Source: an uncultured delta proteobacterium | GTDB taxonomy: Bacteria; Desulfobacterota; Binatia; UBA9968 | Length of the DNA stretch: 64,000 nucleotides | Reading direction: 5' to 3' | Assembly: GCA_963760795.1 (NCBI GenBank) | Contig: CAVXEP010000012.1 | Location: 382,185-446,184, forward strand | Shown here: one piece after another, positions 48,785-56,990 of the stretch | Layout of the letters: the number at the start of each line of letters is the position of its first letter | Numbering within the stretch: the stretch's first letter is position 1 | Translations under genes and position numbers: made by a program | The notes under the pieces: generated by a model | Told to the model about the DNA's origin: nothing | The model's database searches: none | The model's input: only the letters and a program-made list of their open reading frames with translations

Positions 48785-49470
48785 CGCTCTTCTCCTTCCC
48801 CTGGTACGAATCCGGATCGGGTAACCTTTCCTTTATCAAGGTCTACGATCGCCACCAGTTGGGCGAGGCGCTCCTCTGGCTTAAAAAAACGCACATCCAT
48901 TAAACGTCGACTATATTCGGGATTTGTCGGGTCGTCGTTTGTGATCGCGATGACCCCCGAGATTAGATCGTCGCTCCAGTCCCTTCGCTTGTGTAACAAC
49001 CGGCGTGCGAGAGCAACAGCCTTTCGAATCTCTTCTTCCGTTGCGGCGGGTTGATACCGATAGTCTTCGACACCTACAACCCGACCACCCTTGTCGAGAA
49101 TCGCTTCGACAGCTATTTGGTTTGAATAGCTGTAGAACATTGCACGAGTCACCGTAGATTTTCGCTTTACATCCTCGGAGGTACGAACGCCAATTGACAC
49201 AAACTTTTCACCTAGAAGTTTCTTGACAGTTGGAACCCGCGCAGCCAGCTTTTGTAAGTCTTGAATGCGCGCTGGGGTAAGGGCTGGCTTGAGGTCTCTA
49301 GCGGTAAAATCCTCCCGTTTGGAGATTTCTGGCGGAATTCCCACGTCGCCGCGTTCTCGAAGCGGTGGAATTGTCACAGCTGGGAATTCGTAGATTGGAG
49401 ATTGATCGCTTTGAGGCGTAGGAAGCTTTTTTTCAGCGTCTCGGCGACTGCCCGGTTTCTTGATAGCCAT
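48781..49470 (-). CDS. Protein resembling copper amine oxidase N2/N3 domains
   Basis: EAILD...VVGV....QPAATEEE...A..LA, RRL, AIVDL..GKV; ATGA overlap with the catalytic-domain gene. Confidence 0.6.
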   Translation of the reverse strand: MAIKKPGSRRDAEKKLPTPQSDQSPIYEFPAVTIPPLRERGDVGIPPEISKREDFTARDLKPALTPARIQDLQKLAARVPTVKKLLGEKFVSIGVRTSEDVKRKSTVTRAMFYSYSNQIAVEAILDKGGRVVGVEDYRYQPAATEEEIRKAVALARRLLHKRRDWSDDLISGVIAITNDDPTNPEYSRRLMDVRFFKPEERLAQLVAIVDLDKGKVTRSGFVPGEGEER

Positions 49471-49563
49471 CGTTTACCTCTCCTTGAATTTGTGAACATG
49501 TATTGAAGTCGCCTGATCGTCTCCGTATCGAAGATCGTTACTGCATCCTTCACTCGTACTGAG

Positions 49564-49579
49564 AGCAACCAGAATGCCA
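49564..49579 (-). promoter_or_regulatory. Sigma-54 promoter of the amine-oxidase-like operon
   Basis: Minus strand TGGCATTCTGGTTGCT, spacing 12; nearby palindrome GGTTAAC-N6-GTTAACC at 49604-49623. Confidence 0.65.
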
Positions 49580-49857
49580 AACCGGGATGAACGGAAGTGG
49601 CGCGGTTAACTGTAAGGTTAACCGGGATTACCCAAATTAAGCGTGGATCCACGATCGTGCAGATCGAGTGAGCGTAAACGTTGTTGACTGCTTCAGTTGT
49701 CAGCAGTGTTAACTAAGAGTGGCAAACGAGGGAGAAGAAAGGTTTGCAGCGACGTGAGCGGTGTTTTCGTTCTGGTCTACCTAGCGCTGCAGCGTTGAAT
49801 GGCAGATGGGGTAAAATCGTTTAGGATTTGGTTGAAACGCCGTTGAGTTACACCGCG

Positions 49858-50688
49858 TCATCTCAAATCAGTGGGTGGCAGTGTCCAGTATCGCCTATAG
49901 GTCGACACGAAATCCTCGAAAAAACGCCGGACATCAGGGGACAAGCATCCGAGTATCTCGGAATTCTTGAAGCAAGTTGGAGGCGGCATAGCAGGTCCGA
50001 GCTGGCACGGTCCAAAGCCGTAGATGATGTCCAACGTCCTGCGGATGGGAGTTCGACGGTAAGTGCCGCGATGAATACCCCAAGCGTGAAAGACGCAAGC
50101 ATCACCCGGTTCGAGAGCGATTCGATCTGAGCCGAGGATCAGACCATTCGGAACAGAACCTTTCCGAATCTGGTATTCGTCAGTCGTATCCCACCGAGCG
50201 TGCGACCCAGGTACGAATTCCAATCTGTCGTCGCTGACAAAAGCCACGCGAAAATGGATTGCGGTCGTGGTCAACGCAAACTGCCTCTCTGCTTCCGCGT
50301 CCGGTATGCAGAATTGGCTATCGCGATGCCAGTTACCGTCCCAGTCTCCCCTTGTCTGCTCGTGGAAGTACTGAGTATTGTGAAAAAGAAGCGGTCGTTC
50401 GTCTGGATGCGAAAGACCGCTGATTAAATTTCGCACTCGTACTGAACCCACGAACTCAAGCAACCGGTTAAGCGCTTGCCGGTCGCCTGTGAAATATCTC
50501 GGCTCTGTGAGATAGGCAATGTTCGCGTTTGAGTGGCCGAGATCATTGGATTCGGCTCTGATCTGATCGAGTACGATATCGCACGACCGACGGAGTTCGC
50601 GAGTCTCATCGGGCTTCGCAAACCCCCGAATCACGAAGTATCCGCGCTTCGCCCAGCTCGCCATATACTCTTCGGCCAAAAAGTTCAT
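49858..50688 (-). CDS. Phytanoyl-CoA dioxygenase (PhyH) family Fe(II)/2OG oxygenase
   Basis: GYFVIRG, WHRD, L..VPGSH, L.PGD..VFH...IHRG. Confidence 0.85.
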   Translation of the reverse strand: MNFLAEEYMASWAKRGYFVIRGFAKPDETRELRRSCDIVLDQIRAESNDLGHSNANIAYLTEPRYFTGDRQALNRLLEFVGSVRVRNLISGLSHPDERPLLFHNTQYFHEQTRGDWDGNWHRDSQFCIPDAEAERQFALTTTAIHFRVAFVSDDRLEFVPGSHARWDTTDEYQIRKGSVPNGLILGSDRIALEPGDACVFHAWGIHRGTYRRTPIRRTLDIIYGFGPCQLGPAMPPPTCFKNSEILGCLSPDVRRFFEDFVSTYRRYWTLPPTDLR

Positions 50689-50853
50689 AAGGTAACTCTT
50701 TGTCGACCCAACCCATCTGGCTGTAAAAAGCAGGCAACCGGCTTAATGTATTGCACACCTAATTACCGCGATATTTATCACTAACACAGAAGCTGAGAAA
50801 AGCACTATTTACGATAAGGGAAACTGAATTTGTCGAGGGAAGCAAGGCGAAAT

Positions 50854-50991
50854 TCGCCGTAGGATTGAAAGGCGTTTCGGTTCGACCTCACGCGTGATCG
50901 GTTTGTAGGAGAATTCGAGCCAATCCTACGATTGACCAGCGCCGCGCGATTGATTGATTACCTTGTCGCCTGTCGGGAAAGAAATCGTGAA
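50854..50991. repeat. About 140-bp repeat, copy 1 (inverted GTAG-hairpin REP-like doublet plus conserved tail)
   Basis: TCGCCGTAGGATTGAA...TCACGCGTGATCGGTTTGTAGGAGAATT...GATTGACCAGCGCCGCGCG...GATTACCTT...GAAAGAAA.CGTGAA shared with 52528..52671. Confidence 0.85.
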
Positions 50992-51058
50992 GTTAGTTAT
51001 CACGAACGCTGCTGGCATAAATGCGACCCTCATCGTGCGGGCGTCGGTGACCGGAGCG

Positions 51059-51481
51059 TCAACCGTTTTCGAGCAGATAACTGCGCCGATCGATTTTTAC
51101 GGTACCGTTGGTAAAGCTGATCGAAATATTGATATCTCCTTCCCCTCGGAGCCACGGCATTACCTTCATGGTTCGAAGACCCGCTTTGGTATTGGGCTCT
51201 TGGAACGCGATCGCTTCGGCTTCCGCCCGAGTCTCAGCGCGCAAGATGAACATGCCGTAACCAAGATCACAGGATGTTTCATTATCCTTGTCGTTCTTGA
51301 GCAGCCCCGCGCCAAACAGCCGCCCCTCGCTTTCGAGTTTCGCCATGTACTCCTTGTGCGGCCGGCGGACTTGCTCACGGGATGGCGCGTTCGGCGGCGG
51401 GGATTCAACGAGCGTCATGAAACAAAGGTAGCACTGCTCGTGCTTTAACGGATGCATCGGGTCTTGCTTCAGTTCTGCCAT
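51059..51481 (-). CDS. YciI-family protein
   Basis: H.EYM.KLE.EG.LF.AG, GMFILRAE...EAE.IA..EP...AG.R...V.PW; GAGGA RBS. Confidence 0.8.
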   Translation of the reverse strand: MAELKQDPMHPLKHEQCYLCFMTLVESPPPNAPSREQVRRPHKEYMAKLESEGRLFGAGLLKNDKDNETSCDLGYGMFILRAETRAEAEAIAFQEPNTKAGLRTMKVMPWLRGEGDINISISFTNGTVKIDRRSYLLENG

Positions 51482-51550
51482 GGTCTTTCCTCCTCGAAAC
51501 GAATTCGGCTTTGAACGATTTGAACGGAGCGAATCTAAGTCAATCCGTGC

Positions 51551-51585
51551 GTCCTGAGTAGGTCCGGAAGGACCGTATCGAAGGG
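51551..51585. repeat. REP-like hairpin of the CCCTTCGA...CTCAGGAC family
   Basis: Reverse complement CCCTTCGATACGGTCCTTCCGGACCTACTCAGGAC; same family as the units inside the MITE at 40.9-41.1 kb. Confidence 0.6.
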
Positions 51586-51737
51586 CTTAAACGTTTTGAA
51601 CGTATTCGATCTTACTGCCGACTCAGGCCTCATGCCCAGTCTAATCATTCGGGTAAGCAAGCGGTGACGGTTATTTCCACAAGCAGCTCGGGGAAGTTCA
51701 ATATCGCCACCACCGTGGTGCTGGCTGGTTTGTTGGT

Positions 51738-52328
51738 TTAGGCGATCGGTGGAAGTACGTCTTGAAACAGTATGCCAAGCAATTGGCCACCTTCTGGCCG
51801 ACTCCAATCCTGAGCGAGTTCGGCCATGAGCGTGTTTGTTGCGGTAAGCACTACTCCCTCGCGTTCCATGCGCCGCCGCGACATATCTTCGGAAAGTTCG
51901 TATGGCGATCCTGAAGCGTCCATAACTGCCTGTACTTGGTAGCCCTCGCGACAGGCACTAATTGTCGGATACACCAAACACACATCGGTGGTCACACCGG
52001 CCATGATGAGATTCCTGCGACCTGTCGCTTCGACGGCCTTTTTGAAGTGCGGATCACTCCAAGCGTTAACGATTCCGGCTCGCTGAACCCTGGCAGCAAA
52101 CGCCTCAGGAAGAATTTGTTCGAGTTCCGGAAGCAATGGACCCTGAACATTCTGCTCTTGCGAACTCGTAATGACGACAGGGATGTTCAAAATCTTGGCT
52201 GTTTTGGCAAGCGCCAGCGTGTTTCGTTTGACCATATCAAGCGGGATGTTCTTGATGAGCTTCATCGTCCCGACTTGATGGTCGATGAGCAACAAGGCAC
52301 TGTCCGCGGACGAAAACGTGCCGATCAT
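51738..52328 (-). CDS. Isochorismatase-family hydrolase (YcaC-like)
   Basis: LLLIDHQVG, GPL.PEL, NAW.D..F..AV.ATGR..LIMAGVTTDVCL. Confidence 0.9.
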   Translation of the reverse strand: MIGTFSSADSALLLIDHQVGTMKLIKNIPLDMVKRNTLALAKTAKILNIPVVITSSQEQNVQGPLLPELEQILPEAFAARVQRAGIVNAWSDPHFKKAVEATGRRNLIMAGVTTDVCLVYPTISACREGYQVQAVMDASGSPYELSEDMSRRRMEREGVVLTATNTLMAELAQDWSRPEGGQLLGILFQDVLPPIA

Positions 52329-52527
52329 TTGCGTTTCTCCTTTAGGTTTGCGCCTAACTATTAAGTGAGCCGCCGTAGACGGCGGAAATTACCGGTCGGC
52401 TTATCTCAGGCAACGGCTCCGACATCAAAAGAAAAATCGGTTGGAATATCCAACGGATACTCCAACTTGTCAACTATGAATGATCGGCGGATTATTTCGT
52501 CTACTTGACCACAGTCAAAATCTTTTA

Positions 52528-52671
52528 TCGCCGTAGGATTGAACTGTAAGACGCTTCGGTTCGATCTCACGCGTGATCGGTTTGTAGGAGAATTAAATCC
52601 GATCCGACGATTGACCAGCGCCGCGCGGTTGCTTGATTACCTTATCCGCCGGTCGAGAAAGAAAGCGTGAA
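52528..52671. repeat. About 140-bp repeat, copy 2
   Basis: Direct repeat of 50854..50991; GTAG-GATTGAACTG-loop-CGGTTCGATC hairpin intact. Confidence 0.85.
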
Positions 52672-52737
52672 AGAAAGGGGCTATCCTTTAGTTTGATCGT
52701 TATGTCAGGTAGACCCCAAGCCCGTTATGGCTCTGCG

Positions 52738-53763
52738 CTATTTAAGGATCTCTTTGAGTTTTACAACCAAGCTCCGATCAAGTTTAAAGACCCCAGCAAT
52801 GGTTTTTTCCAGCGCTTCGCCCGACAGTGGGTTGATGTCAAGCCTAGCTTTCTTGGCATCCGCCAGGAATTCGGGATCTCCCATGGTGTCCATGAAGGCC
52901 TTGCGCAAAAGCAGCACCCGTTCCCTAGGCACACCTGGGGGTAAAACGTAAGGACGAGCCGTCAGCCCGTAGTTGTGGATGCCCACCTGAATCAAATGCC
53001 GCGCTTCCTCGGTCTTGGCAAATTCGACAATCAAAGGAACATCAGGAAGATCAGGATGCCGTTTCGCGACCGCTTGCAGGACAATCTTAAGAGCACCGGA
53101 TTCCAATTCTTTGGTCCACGTCGATTTGAATGATTCCCAGGAACTCGAAAGTCCGTGAATCTCTCCACTATTGAAAGCCAGGCGAATTTCAGCAGTCCCT
53201 TTGTAGCCAGTGACCAATTGGATTGGCAAGCCGATAGTAGCCTTTGCCACCTTGGGAATATCGTCGGCGGCGGAGCCCGGCCCAATCCCACCAAATTTAA
53301 CGGTTGTTTTTGACGCGATCCACTGCTCCGCGCTGGCGATACCGGCGGCCGCCGAGATGCCTATCACCGTGTTATCCTGTGCCGGGACACCGAGGTATTC
53401 GAACCTGCGCGCATCAAATTGAATCCCCGGTTTTTCCAGGAGTTGCTGCAAAAACAGGCCGCCAATGAAATGTCCAATGGTGAGACCGTCTGGCTTCGCT
53501 ACGTTATAAAGATGGTTTGCCGCAATGAGGCTGCCGGCGCCGGTCATGTTCTCGACCATGATGCTCGGGTTGCCAGGGATGTACTTCCCCATATAGCGAG
53601 CCATAGTACGTGTGTAAGTGTCGAAGCCTCCTCCCGCGCCCTGTCCGACAATAACGCGAATAGTTTTGCCCCCATAAAAAGGCGCAGCAGATTCCGCCGC
53701 CCGCACCGTCACTGCCAGGCTGAACAGTGCAACCAGAGCCCATGAGCCACGCCTAACGTTCAT
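52738..53763 (-). CDS. Bug/TctC-like binding protein
   Basis: FYGGKTIRVIVG..AGGGFD.Y.R, PGNPS..VENM.GAGSLIAAN.LY..AKPDGLT. Confidence 0.9.
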   Translation of the reverse strand: MNVRRGSWALVALFSLAVTVRAAESAAPFYGGKTIRVIVGQGAGGGFDTYTRTMARYMGKYIPGNPSIMVENMTGAGSLIAANHLYNVAKPDGLTIGHFIGGLFLQQLLEKPGIQFDARRFEYLGVPAQDNTVIGISAAAGIASAEQWIASKTTVKFGGIGPGSAADDIPKVAKATIGLPIQLVTGYKGTAEIRLAFNSGEIHGLSSSWESFKSTWTKELESGALKIVLQAVAKRHPDLPDVPLIVEFAKTEEARHLIQVGIHNYGLTARPYVLPPGVPRERVLLLRKAFMDTMGDPEFLADAKKARLDINPLSGEALEKTIAGVFKLDRSLVVKLKEILK

Positions 53764-53996
53764 AATTTACTCCGCTATCCAAACAGGTGGACTACGAACC
53801 CACTTGATGCATGGTTTTTGTGCCATCTATATCTGGCTCGGTTTTTTGTCAAGCAACGAGTCACCCTTGACAGGTTTAAGGTCGCAAAGTAGAAAGAAAA
53901 AGAATCTGTTCGATCGAACGGAGCGCAATCGTTGAGCTGCACAAGAGACGCGCGGGATATTTGCCTGAAGCTTTAGTTTGTCCAGGAGGATAAGAA

Positions 53997-54836
53997 ATGC
54001 CAGTTGCAACGTTACCGACCGGCGTTGATATTTACTATGAATCACACGGCAAGGGCGAACCGCTGGTCTTCATACCAGCCACCGGACTCTCGTGTGAAGT
54101 CTGGAAGGCCTTCCAGGTTCCGGAACTCTCGAAGTCGCTCGATGTCATCATCCATGATCCGAGAGGTTGTGGCCGCTCCACCCGCGTTCAGGCTGTCTGC
54201 GCGATTGACCAGATGGCTTGCGACGTCGCCGCGCTACTCGACCACCTGGGAATAGCGTCCGCTCACGTCTTGGGCCATTCCATGGGAGGACGCATTGCGC
54301 TGGCGATGGCATTGAATTTTCCACGGAAAGTCAAAAGCCTCATCCTTGCCGCAAGCGGCTCAGGCCCTGCCGCAAGGACTGGGGCGGATTGTATTCCCGG
54401 CCTGCAGCTTTTCCTTGTCGAGGATCTGATTGAAATGGGATTTGAGGGATTTATCCGGCACGATATCTGTGATACCGAGACCTACTTTACTACCGATTTT
54501 CGCCAGCGCCATCCGGATCGCGTCCGGGCTTTTTATGAATCGGCTTGGCCCACTCACTCCAAGCTGACGGAATACCTTCAGCTTTGCATCGCGCGGCATA
54601 ACTACGAAGCGACCCACCGGCTGCGCGAGGTGAAGGTGCCGACGCTGGTCGTCTGCGGCGATGCCGATGTCGGTGGCAGCAACCACGTGCCACAGTCCGA
54701 AGTTCTCGCCAGCCGTATTCCGGGAGCCGAATTTAAGATTCTTAAAGGCCAGTCGCACGGCTTCTTCTGGCAAGTGCCAGAGGAAACCAACGCTTGGCTA
54801 CGGGCTTGGGTCGAGAACCACCGGAGAGAGGGGTAG
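53997..54836 (+). CDS. Alpha/beta hydrolase
   Basis: HDPRGCGRS, GHSMGG nucleophile elbow, PTLVV.G..D, G.SH. Confidence 0.9.
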   Translation: MPVATLPTGVDIYYESHGKGEPLVFIPATGLSCEVWKAFQVPELSKSLDVIIHDPRGCGRSTRVQAVCAIDQMACDVAALLDHLGIASAHVLGHSMGGRIALAMALNFPRKVKSLILAASGSGPAARTGADCIPGLQLFLVEDLIEMGFEGFIRHDICDTETYFTTDFRQRHPDRVRAFYESAWPTHSKLTEYLQLCIARHNYEATHRLREVKVPTLVVCGDADVGGSNHVPQSEVLASRIPGAEFKILKGQSHGFFWQVPEETNAWLRAWVENHRREG

Positions 54837-54940
54837 AAAGATTCTCAATGAGTCGGGGCGGCGGTCTAACAAAGAGCCAAGAGCGGACCTGCGCCCTTAT
54901 TCCCCGAAAACTAAAATTGAGAATGAACTAGCGAGTTGCT

Positions 54941-55534
54941 TCACCGCTTAACTTCGCGAATGACGGGAAGATTCAAGTCCACGTCCCAGGACAATCTCAA
55001 TTTCTCGCGACCTTTCTCTGAATCGGAATAACTTCCCTTGCTATTCAAAACCAGCCGCTTCCCGTCGAATCTATAGTCAGAGAAGTATTTTTGCAGCTCT
55101 TCGGATTTCCATGCGACGGTTCTGGCCACCGTCGTACCTTGAACTACATAACTCAGATTCGCCTGCCGGATCTTATTGTCCTTACCGAGATAGAGGACGA
55201 AAGCGGCATAGCTGTTTTTTTTCAATTCCTTTGCGTCATTCTCCAGCATGTCAGCTTTAACTTTCTCCGTGATTGGCTGGGGAAAGAACTGGATTTCGAG
55301 CCCGTCGGAATTTCCCGGGACTAAGCCGTGCGCGAGCATGACATAGGCGCTTTGAGTCACGATTTTGCTGGTGCCGGGCGTCAGAGGTTTGGAATCACTA
55401 ACAATCAGTTCAAAAGCTGCCCTAGTCTGAAAATCCTGCAAGGTAAAAGGCCCATACGAACTCGCGTGCAGTGGACTCAAAACAACTAAGATCACAGCGA
55501 TCACGGTCCACCCCGGTATGGAAATAAGCTTCAT
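54941..55534 (-). CDS. Secreted hypothetical protein
   Basis: Signal-like MKLISIPGWTVIAVILVVLSPLHA; long open frame; no recognised motif. Confidence 0.65.
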   Translation of the reverse strand: MKLISIPGWTVIAVILVVLSPLHASSYGPFTLQDFQTRAAFELIVSDSKPLTPGTSKIVTQSAYVMLAHGLVPGNSDGLEIQFFPQPITEKVKADMLENDAKELKKNSYAAFVLYLGKDNKIRQANLSYVVQGTTVARTVAWKSEELQKYFSDYRFDGKRLVLNSKGSYSDSEKGREKLRLSWDVDLNLPVIREVKR

Positions 55535-55938
55535 TAATATCCCACCAACTTGGCTGCCTCTCTTGTCAATCCGCGGCCGCCCACAACGACACAAAGTACC
55601 TCCGGCATTGCACTGCTCTTAGAGCATCGATTTCAACACGAAAAAGCTGCTCCTAACCTCTTACACCGCGCCCATTCCGCACTCTCTTTTGCCAAATCAA
55701 TGCCTTGCGTTGGTCCGACCTGGGGTTTGGGCTCTCAGCTTACGCTGGTCCGACCGCAAGATTTTTCTAACCGAGCCTCTTGGGAGTGCTTCATCCAGAT
55801 CAGCGAAACCCGACTGCTGCCACTGGCAAAAAGCCGATTGACTGATTGTTGCAACGGAAGTATATCAAGCCAATCCGGTGATTGCCTCGCGTCAACTGAC
55901 TCCGTTCTGCGCGATATCGTTTACAAAGGAGAAACATT

Positions 55939-56964
55939 ATGAAGCTCGGCCAGACGGTTCTCCAGTTCATCCTAACCGGCGCTTTGTGCTCTCTCGTGGG
56001 ACTTGCTGTACCGGTCACCAGCCACTCACAGGATATCATCGAGGGCGCAAAAAAGGAGGGCAAGTTTCTTTTGTACACCTCGTTGACCCTCCAGGAAATC
56101 GATGAGGTTGCCGCGCCATTTACAAAAAAGTATCCGTTTCTAAAAATCGAGTCGTATCGCGGCAACGCCCTGCAACTGCTTCAGAAAATTACCACCGAAG
56201 CACGCGCCGGCCGGCCACAAGCCGATGTCGCTCAATTCAACAGCTTTGAAGCGTGGCAACTGCAGAAGCTCGGGCTATTACAAAGTTACAAGTCGCCTGA
56301 AGCAAAAAAGTTTCCCGACAACTTCAAGGACCCGGACGGATACTGGACCACCCTTTACATGAATTATCTCGTGTTGGGTTACAACCCGACCAGCGTAACC
56401 GCAGCCGACGTGCCAAAGAAGTGGGACGATCTTTTACATCCCCGATGGAAAGGCAATAAATTCGCGCTCGACCGCGATAATGCCGTCTGGTACGGCGGCC
56501 TGGCGCTTTATTGGGGCAAGGAAAAAGCCGGGAAGTTCATGAAAGCTTTGGCTGGCCAACAACCGACCATGCGCAAGGGGCATACCTTGATTGCCAATCT
56601 GATGTCGAGCGGCGAGTTTCCGCTCGGATTAGTCTACGCCCACCGCGTTGAAGAAATGAAATCGAAAGGAATGAACACCATCGAGTGGGTTCCGCTCGAA
56701 CCGATCGTCGCGACGCCGATTGTCATCGGCATAGCGAAAAACGCGCCGAGTCCCAACGCCGCCAAGTTGTTCGTCGACTTTTTTCTGTCGAAAGAAGGTC
56801 AGGTCATCTCCCAGAAACAGCAATTCAGGGTGCCGGCAAACCCGGATATGCCTCCCGTTTCGGCCAAACTCGATCCCAAGAATCTAAAGATTGCTCTGAT
56901 CAATAGGCAGCTCGCGGATAGCTACCAGGAGTACGACAAGGAATACCAGGAGCTTTTTAAATAG
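55939..56964 (+). CDS. Fe3+/thiamine-type ABC extracellular solute-binding protein
   Basis: GAKKEGK..LYTS, F.KKYP, D.DGYW, P..W.DLL.P.WKG, AP.PNAAKLFVDF.LSKEGQ. Confidence 0.88.
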   Translation: MKLGQTVLQFILTGALCSLVGLAVPVTSHSQDIIEGAKKEGKFLLYTSLTLQEIDEVAAPFTKKYPFLKIESYRGNALQLLQKITTEARAGRPQADVAQFNSFEAWQLQKLGLLQSYKSPEAKKFPDNFKDPDGYWTTLYMNYLVLGYNPTSVTAADVPKKWDDLLHPRWKGNKFALDRDNAVWYGGLALYWGKEKAGKFMKALAGQQPTMRKGHTLIANLMSSGEFPLGLVYAHRVEEMKSKGMNTIEWVPLEPIVATPIVIGIAKNAPSPNAAKLFVDFFLSKEGQVISQKQQFRVPANPDMPPVSAKLDPKNLKIALINRQLADSYQEYDKEYQELFK

Positions 56965-56990
56965 CTCGAGGCAAATGTTCGAACCCGCGG

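Noticed and set aside
50854-52671. CRISPR array or named riboswitch
   Set aside because: Only two long copies, no regular spacers, no cas genes, and no riboswitch consensus recognised
53808-53826. TGGCAC sigma-54-like box upstream of the Bug gene
   Set aside because: GG-GC spacing is 14, not 12
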